Shown here: in pieces, positions 58,801 to 64,000 of the stretch
How the letters are laid out: each line of letters begins with the position of its first letter
How positions within the stretch are numbered: position 1 is the stretch's first letter
Source of the DNA: Candidatus Marinacidobacterium sp.
GTDB taxonomy: Bacteria; Acidobacteriota; Vicinamibacteria; Marinacidobacterales; Marinacidobacteraceae
Length of the DNA stretch: 64,000 nt
Assembly: GCA_965204755.1 (NCBI GenBank)
Contig: OZ242011.1
Coordinates: forward strand, 288,001-352,000
Reading direction: 5' to 3'
Program-made: the position numbers and the translations under genes
The notes under the pieces: generated by a model
Database searches by the model: none
Told to the model about the DNA's origin: nothing
The model's input: only the letters and a program-made list of their open reading frames with translations

Positions 58801-59893
58801 GGAGATGGGGCCGCGCCTTCGCCGAATGCGCGGCCAACCAGGCAGCCAAGCCGCGGAGCGGCGACGGAATGGCCTCCTTGTCGGTGCTCAACAGCGCGAG
58901 GACGCGGCCCACCGGCAAACCCTCCTCGATCCGGCGAGCCAGGTACCGCGCACCCAGGAACTCCGCCACTTGCCGGTGCGCCGGGGAGAACCGCTCGCTT
59001 CCTCCGTCGGAAGTGAAGAGCCCCGCGCCGAGCGCCGCCCGAGCCGCGAAGTCGGACGACGGCGCCAGGGAGTCGATCGCCGGCCAATCGTCGGTCGCGT
59101 CCTTCGCGTACCGCGAGCACCCCTCGGCGCCGGCGAGCAGGAGCGCCGCGTCGAGTTCACCGGCCGCATCCACCAGCGCGGCGGCGGCGAACCGTTCCTG
59201 CCCGGAGTGGAGATGCTCGTCGTTGTATTCGCCGGTCAGGCGCTCACAGGCCGCTTCCAGGACTTCGCGATAACTGTCCTGCCAAGTCCCGCCGGAGGCG
59301 GCGAAAGCGCGGATGGAATTCAGGAGGGCGAGCGGGTTCCGCAGCCACGCATGGAACCCCCGCGCTCTCGCCGCCTTCAGGAAACCGTCCGCCTCGGTCG
59401 AAGCCGGCGTCGAGGCAGGCAGGGAGCGGACGAACCGCTCGATCTCGAAGTCCCGAAGCGGTTCGAGCCGCAACACCTTCACTTCTCCCCCGGGCGCGGC
59501 CTCTTCCAGCGGGGTGACATCCGTCCGCCCGAACCAGTCCGCGGCGCGGCACGAAAGCCGGAACCGGCGGCGGCCCAAGGCGCGAAGGCGCTGCACCACC
59601 CGGTCGAGCGGCTCGCGCGGATCGCCGGACGCCGCGCGCACCTCGTCGAGCCCGTCGATGAAGAGCGTTCCCTCGCCGACCGGCTCTTCGGCCGGCAACC
59701 GCAGGAACTCGCGCGCCGAAAAGTACCGGGCGGCGTCGCCGAGCGCCTCCGCTTCCCGCCGGAACTCGAAGGTCTTGCCCGAACCGGGGTCGCCGAGCAG
59801 GACGAAGGCGGCCTCGCTTCGGAACGCGGACAGCGGCCGCGCCCCGCGGGCGGCATTCGCCGCTTCGGTGACCGTCCGTACGATCGGCTTCAT
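55838..59893 (-). CDS. NACHT/STAND-type NTPase with C-terminal PD-(D/E)xK-like nuclease (putative anti-phage)
   Basis: ATG 59893; Walker A LLGDPGSGKT, Walker B LFIDGLDE, LSCR, NPL, HRQVAEFLGA; C-terminal PEAR..RSDLL..PIEIKRQW..GIYLVLWFG. Confidence 0.8.
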   Translation of the reverse strand: MKPIVRTVTEAANAARGARPLSAFRSEAAFVLLGDPGSGKTFEFRREAEALGDAARYFSAREFLRLPAEEPVGEGTLFIDGLDEVRAASGDPREPLDRVVQRLRALGRRRFRLSCRAADWFGRTDVTPLEEAAPGGEVKVLRLEPLRDFEIERFVRSLPASTPASTEADGFLKAARARGFHAWLRNPLALLNSIRAFAASGGTWQDSYREVLEAACERLTGEYNDEHLHSGQERFAAAALVDAAGELDAALLLAGAEGCSRYAKDATDDWPAIDSLAPSSDFAARAALGAGLFTSDGGSERFSPAHRQVAEFLGARYLARRIEEGLPVGRVLALLSTDKEAIPSPLRGLAAWLAAHSAKARPHLLVRDPVGIAAYGDIHDFTPTDKRRLLREMRATAPELGAHRFPADFLRLLAVPEMAPTLRAELESADRGRSAQVLAGIAARALSLGRPMPAFADRLMEVARDGTRWYEVTRYALDAFIHNCVDEKRRRAELRRLAGDIRSGVVSDHYRELLGTLLGRMYPEEITPEQVWDYLLDQPEQLVGRYDGFWLRSLTKAEHSGRLPGLLAALRVRLPDHWAALENRFLAHLPLELVTQGMEEHGDGASTTEIYDWLRLGRESRQRSTVGSDGAVLRVRKWLEARPQRLVELWREGWERCPETEDFDPAVREVAATLGIARPPEGFGRFCLSLAVEMAIARPLLADWLLERAVERAGAERIRAKELIGRAFRRGMAARFRRLLKTDLPAGYLDLREQERPFVEERRRRDSAMARRIEDELEAFRENRASPALLRRLAWEYLGSLEEYLSAPGRGWRLSDPALRRVVVGALARAPWRDDVPDEDAIFDFHASSGIHSLAWPFLAGLEVMERECPERLETLGDDQWLRALAFYFTAPTNRLEPPPWYRELARSRPELTARVLVRWAKAEIAKGSESRVHLDLLVGDRQYAGVARQAALPLLSGFPVRGLGGQLQVLDLLLWAAIAHADRDGLLRVVARKAASKSMTVAQRPHWVAAGLAAAPDAYRDRFETLTRDEEAAREAAVFLCPDLDARVPDEGMDPVTLRLLVTRFGAMFRPEEPYEARVLGLADRAPERIADFIRRLGRSAGADAGRALESLIADRALSRWRPRLEAARDRRRRTVADVGFRHASADRVAEALRGGRPANAADLSAFVADHLDDLAAEFAGSDENAWRPFWNEDSHGGAVEPKPEESCRDALLGALRGRLGSACPIAPEARHAGGARSDLLVRCDGFAIPIEIKRQWHRDLWTAVREQLIPKYAAMPEAMGRGIYLVLWFGVSGASRPIARPPKGIRPETREQLHRRLVENLTPEERDRVEVRVLDVRPPAARRAEAEAG

Positions 59894-61161
59894 CGGTCCG
59901 GCTCCACCCAGTATCCCGCCGGAGCAGAGAGGAACTCCCCCAACGACATGCCGTCCGGGCCGACCAACACCTCGCTCGCGTGCGGGTAGCGCTCCCGGAA
60001 CGCCGCCAGACCTCGATGACGGGGCCCCCGCCTCCGGATGGTGACTTCGATGGCCGCGAGTTTGGGGCCCCGTTCGACGACGAAGTCCACTTCGAGCGCG
60101 CCTTCCCGCCAGTAGCGGACCCGCTCCCCGATCTCCCGGGTGTTCAGCAGGTGCGCCCCCACCGCGCTCGCCGCCAGCCGGCCCCAGAAGGTCCGATCGG
60201 CCCGCGCTTCCTCGAACGAACGCCCCGAGTCGAAAGTCATCAGGGAAGTGTCGAGGACATTGAGTTTGGGGCTCGAAGGCCGCATCGAGAACGGTCCGGC
60301 GTACTGTTCGAGCCCGGCGACGAGGCCGATGCGTTCGAGGAGGTCGAGATAACGGGCGAGCGTGGTCGTGTTCGACTTGTCCGCCAACTGGCCGCGCATC
60401 TTGTTGTAGGAGAGGATCTGCCCCGACAGGCCCGCGGAGAACTCGAAGAGCCGGGTCAGGAGCGCCGGCCGGTCGATCCGCGCCCTGGCGATCAGGTCGC
60501 GCTCGAGGCTCGCGTCCACCACCGATCGGCGGATGCAGGCGCGCCACGACCGGGGATTCGCCTCGTCCGGCCGGGCGCCCGGATAGCCGCCGAAGAACAG
60601 GAACCGGTCGAGGTCCACGCCGAAGGCCGCCTTCATCTCCCCGAAGGACCACGGGCCGGTCTCGATCATGTCCAACCGGCCCATGAGACTCCCGCCCGAG
60701 CCGTGCTGCATCATCAGCGGCGACGAACCCGAAATCACGACCCGCAACGGGCAGTCCCGAAAGCGGTCCGCGTCCCAGAGCCCTTTCACGGTTCGGGACC
60801 AGTGGGGCACGCCCTGGATTTCGTCGAGGGCGAGAACGAACCCCCGAGGATCGTTCTCCGCCTGTTCGCGCGCCCACTGCCAGATCTCCGCCAGCCAGTT
60901 CGCGTCCCGAACCACCAGCGGCGCGAACGGCGCACCCGGAAGGTCCGGCAGGTCCGGCGCCCGGTCGCGGTGGGCGGTCGACCCCATCCGGCCCAACGCG
61001 ACCAGGCCCGATGGCAACCCGCAACGCCCCAACGCCTGGCGAATGATGGTCGTCTTCCCCGTCCGGCGAGGCCCGAAGACCGCCTGGACCCGCTCCGGCG
61101 CCTCCACCAGCCGCTCCCGCAGGACCGCCACCTGCTCCCGCTCGAACTCCTGCCGCCGCAT
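59890..61161 (-). CDS. AAA_14 ATPase with DUF4143 domain
   Basis: GPRRTGKTT, LDEIQ, SGSS, GGYP, PKLNVLD and YWREGALEVDFV motifs. Confidence 0.9.
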   Translation of the reverse strand: MRRQEFEREQVAVLRERLVEAPERVQAVFGPRRTGKTTIIRQALGRCGLPSGLVALGRMGSTAHRDRAPDLPDLPGAPFAPLVVRDANWLAEIWQWAREQAENDPRGFVLALDEIQGVPHWSRTVKGLWDADRFRDCPLRVVISGSSPLMMQHGSGGSLMGRLDMIETGPWSFGEMKAAFGVDLDRFLFFGGYPGARPDEANPRSWRACIRRSVVDASLERDLIARARIDRPALLTRLFEFSAGLSGQILSYNKMRGQLADKSNTTTLARYLDLLERIGLVAGLEQYAGPFSMRPSSPKLNVLDTSLMTFDSGRSFEEARADRTFWGRLAASAVGAHLLNTREIGERVRYWREGALEVDFVVERGPKLAAIEVTIRRRGPRHRGLAAFRERYPHASEVLVGPDGMSLGEFLSAPAGYWVEPDR

Positions 61162-61331
61162 GACGGGATTATGACGATTTGTTCCATTTTGGGCTACTTC
61201 GTAATATCGAGGGACGGCGGTGGCGCCGTTCTCCGGGATCGAGAGAAGCCCGACCCCGCGGGGTACTCCCGGCGCCGCACGGTGGCGGTCCCCGCCGCTC
61301 GGTCGACCGAACCGGTTCCGCCGTCTCCCGG

Positions 61332-62930
61332 CTACCGGAGAGGCCGCCGGGAGCGCGCGGATCCGGCCCCGGCGGCGCGCGCCTCGCCGGCGACGCGGAC
61401 GCGGACCCGGCGGGCGTCACCGGGGAGGTAGGCGAGCGGGAGGTCCTCGCGTTCGACCACTTCCGGCGAGCCCTCGACCGCTCCCGCGGCGACGGCGCGG
61501 CGCCCGGCCTCCTCGGTCGCTTCGCGGAAGGCCTCCTCGCGGGTGGCGCCGTGGAACACCCGGTCCACCTCGCCGCCCACCCGCGCCACCGCGGCGCCGA
61601 CCGCGTTCGCCACCTCGCCGTGCGGCGGCCGCTCGACGCGGGAGATCCCCGGCAACTCCGCCGGGAGCAGGAACGCGCCGCCGCCGACCGCCAGCAGCGG
61701 GAGGTCGCGCGCGTCCGGCTTCATCCGGTCCACCGCCTCCCCGAGCCGCTCGGCGAGTGATCCGGCGAACCGGCGGAGCGCGCCGGCGCGGAGCCCGCGG
61801 ACCGCCGCCCGGTCGCCGAGCCCGACCCATCCCGCCGCCACCGCCGCGTCGGTGGCGGTCAGCGTCGTCCCGCCGAAGACCAGCGCCGACTGCTCGAGGC
61901 GGAACCCCACGCTCGACGGGCCGACCGCGGCGCCGTCCGGGGACACGACGCTCCCGCCGCCGATCGCCAGCGACAGCAGGTCCGGCATCCGGAACAGCGT
62001 CCGCACGCCGCCGATCTCCACTTCCCGCGGCGCTTCGCGGGGGAACCCGGCGGCGAGGCAGCCGATGTCCGTCGTGGTGCCGCCCACATCCACGACGACC
62101 GCGTCGCGGAGGTCGGAGAGGAACGCCGCGCCGATCATGCTGTTCGTGGGGCCCGAAGACAGGCAGAGGACCGGCGTTTCGGCGGCGGCGGAGACTTCCG
62201 CCACCGTGCCGTCGTTTCGCGCGAGGAACAGCGGCGCGGCGATGCCGCTCGCTTCGAGCGCGCGGCGGAAGGACGAGAACACCCGGCGGGCGAGCGGGCC
62301 GAGCGCGGCGTTCAGGAGGCCGGCGTTCTCCCGGCCCAGCAGGCCGAGGCGGCCGAGGCGCCGGGACTGGGTGATCCGGGCGTCCGGGTGGACTTCCGCG
62401 AGGATCCCGGCGGCGCGTTCCTCCGCGGAGCCCTCGATCGGGGCGAACACCGACGAGAGCGCGATCTCCCGAATCCCGGCGGCGCGGATTTCCCGGCCGG
62501 CGCGGGCGACTTCCCGCTCGTCGAGCGGCGCGATCGGCCGCCCGTCGCACTCGGCGCCGCCTTCCACGGAGAACACCGGGCCGCGCACCCGGTCGGCGAG
62601 GCGGGGCGGCCAGTCGCAGAACGGGGGCAGCGAGGCGCTCGCCGGAAGCCCCACCCGGACCGCCGCGACCCGCGCCAGGCCGTCGCCGGTGACCACCGCG
62701 TTCGTGAAGTGCGTCGTGCCGATGACCACCCGCCGCACCGCCGACTCCTCGCCGGCGGCGGCTTCGCGGAGGGCGCGGGCGATGCCGCCGGTCACCTCCG
62801 GGGTGGTCGGCGTCTTGACGGCGCGGCGGACGGCGCCGTCCGCCATGAGCGCGGCGTCGGTGTGCGTGCCGCCGACATCCACGCCGACATCGAAGACGGC
62901 CGGCGGACCGGCGGCCGTCCCCGAGGTCAC
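61332..62930 (-). CDS. Hydantoinase/oxoprolinase-family protein (A-type)
   Basis: GVDVGGTHTD, GTTHFTNA, SGPTNS, DVGGTTTD and VANAVGAA; GTGA overlap with the DUF917 gene. Confidence 0.9.
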   Translation of the reverse strand: MTSGTAAGPPAVFDVGVDVGGTHTDAALMADGAVRRAVKTPTTPEVTGGIARALREAAAGEESAVRRVVIGTTHFTNAVVTGDGLARVAAVRVGLPASASLPPFCDWPPRLADRVRGPVFSVEGGAECDGRPIAPLDEREVARAGREIRAAGIREIALSSVFAPIEGSAEERAAGILAEVHPDARITQSRRLGRLGLLGRENAGLLNAALGPLARRVFSSFRRALEASGIAAPLFLARNDGTVAEVSAAAETPVLCLSSGPTNSMIGAAFLSDLRDAVVVDVGGTTTDIGCLAAGFPREAPREVEIGGVRTLFRMPDLLSLAIGGGSVVSPDGAAVGPSSVGFRLEQSALVFGGTTLTATDAAVAAGWVGLGDRAAVRGLRAGALRRFAGSLAERLGEAVDRMKPDARDLPLLAVGGGAFLLPAELPGISRVERPPHGEVANAVGAAVARVGGEVDRVFHGATREEAFREATEEAGRRAVAAGAVEGSPEVVEREDLPLAYLPGDARRVRVRVAGEARAAGAGSARSRRPLR

Positions 62931-64000
62931 GGGGACTCCCCGGGGAAGACGGAGACGAAGTCGAGGTCGTAGCCGAAGGCGCGCGGCCCCACCGCGCGGA
63001 GTCCGGCTTCGGTCTTCAGCGCCGGCGGGACATCCAGCGCGATGACCCGGACCCGCTGGCCGTAGGCGATCACCTCCGTTCCCAGCGCTTCGCCGGTGGC
63101 CGAGTCCACCACGCAGAGGATCTCCGGGGTCATCGCCAGCGGCTCGCCGTCCCGCAGGGCCAGCGTGAACTCGTTTTGGAAGTGGAGCGCGAGTTCGGCT
63201 CCCCGGTCCGGCCCCAGCCCGGCGATGCGGGCGGTCCCGCGCAGGAAGCCGCGGGTCGTCCGCCGATCCATGTCGCTGACCTTGCCGGTGAAGAGGAGGA
63301 GGCCTCCTTCGGAGTCGAGCACCGCCGCCACCGGGTCGGCCTTCCGCTCGCGGGCCGAGCGAACCGCCGCGCCGATGCGGAGGGCGCGGGTGACCGAGCC
63401 GCGCACCGCCCAGCGCCGCACTTCCGCCCCGGTCCGGGGCGCCTTGCAGGTGGCGGCGATGGAGCCCACTTCGGTGACGGCGGCCCGGCCCAGCCGCTCC
63501 TGCCACTTCCAACTCGCGGCGCGTTCGACGACCACGATGTTGTCCCGGATGTCCGCCAGGCAGAAGGGGTAGTTGCGGAGACCGGCGATGGCGAAGGTGG
63601 TCATCTGGGCTTCGGGGAACGCCCGGCCCATGCAGTCGGCGTCGAGCACCGGGAGTCCGGTGCGGGCGGCGACGAGGAAGCCCTGGAGCGAGTTCGCGCC
63701 GCCGATCTCCAGCGGCATGACCGCCCGGAACTTCCGGCCGAGGCGCTCCTCCATGAAGCGGACCGGGCGGGCGGCGACCTCCGGGTCGGGGAGGCGCTCC
63801 TCCGAGACCAGCGGGGCGCCCATGGTGGAAACCACCGCGACGAGGTCGTCGTCGGCCACCGCGTCCGCCGGGAGGAGGCGCGGGCGGAACCCGGCGGCGC
63901 ACTCCGCGCGCAGGTTCAGCAGCGAGTGCCGGGGATTCCCGCCGCCGCCCGCGCCGAGGATCCAGGCGCCGACCGCGAGGGCCTCCAGGTCCTCCGGCGA
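62927..64000 (-). CDS. DUF917-family protein (5' end beyond the window)
   Basis: GAWILGAGGGGNP, MGAP, EIGGAN, DADCMGRAFPE and FQNE motifs; the frame is open to the window edge. Confidence 0.88.
   Translation of the reverse strand, partial: SPEDLEALAVGAWILGAGGGGNPRHSLLNLRAECAAGFRPRLLPADAVADDDLVAVVSTMGAPLVSEERLPDPEVAARPVRFMEERLGRKFRAVMPLEIGGANSLQGFLVAARTGLPVLDADCMGRAFPEAQMTTFAIAGLRNYPFCLADIRDNIVVVERAASWKWQERLGRAAVTEVGSIAATCKAPRTGAEVRRWAVRGSVTRALRIGAAVRSARERKADPVAAVLDSEGGLLLFTGKVSDMDRRTTRGFLRGTARIAGLGPDRGAELALHFQNEFTLALRDGEPLAMTPEILCVVDSATGEALGTEVIAYGQRVRVIALDVPPALKTEAGLRAVGPRAFGYDLDFVSVFPGESP

Overview
Very GC-rich bacterial chromosome window; gene content (Oar-type TonB receptor, PQQ dehydrogenase, LVIVD and VWA proteins) suggests Acidobacteriota, possibly host-associated (inference). 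About 35 real genes: M20 peptidase end, sppA, TPR and VWA proteins, two LVIVD paralogs interleaved with HipBA-like and VapBC modules, Thr/Ser dehydratase, pruA, an orphan DNA methyltransferase, kynU, Lhr helicase, a galK-like kinase, a sulfation operon (MpaB/Lcp-type oxygenase, sulfotransferase, cysD, cysNC), three SGNH paralogs, a GT-C-like membrane protein, an RND pump, a TBDR, a PQQ dehydrogenase, a fused membrane/spermidine-synthase protein, a probable selenoprotein, a defence-like AAA+STAND-nuclease cluster and a DUF917/hydantoinase pair. Strongest signals: (1) a ~1.8 kb satellite-like array of 15/16-nt TCGATCC units, stop-free in all three minus-strand frames, lying between an SD-led ATG and the spermidine-synthase gene, one nucleotide out of frame; (2) an in-frame UGA in a UxxC motif followed by an fdhF-like SECIS hairpin; (3) poly-G tracts just after the start codons of two SGNH paralogs, one in frame and one out; (4) a 4x222-bp MITE-like tandem inserted at a TA in the cysD stop/cysN start; (5) apparent window-wide absence of ACGT and AGCT. 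No rRNA, tRNA or CRISPR array was seen. Most other long ORFs in the track are GC-rich shadow frames.
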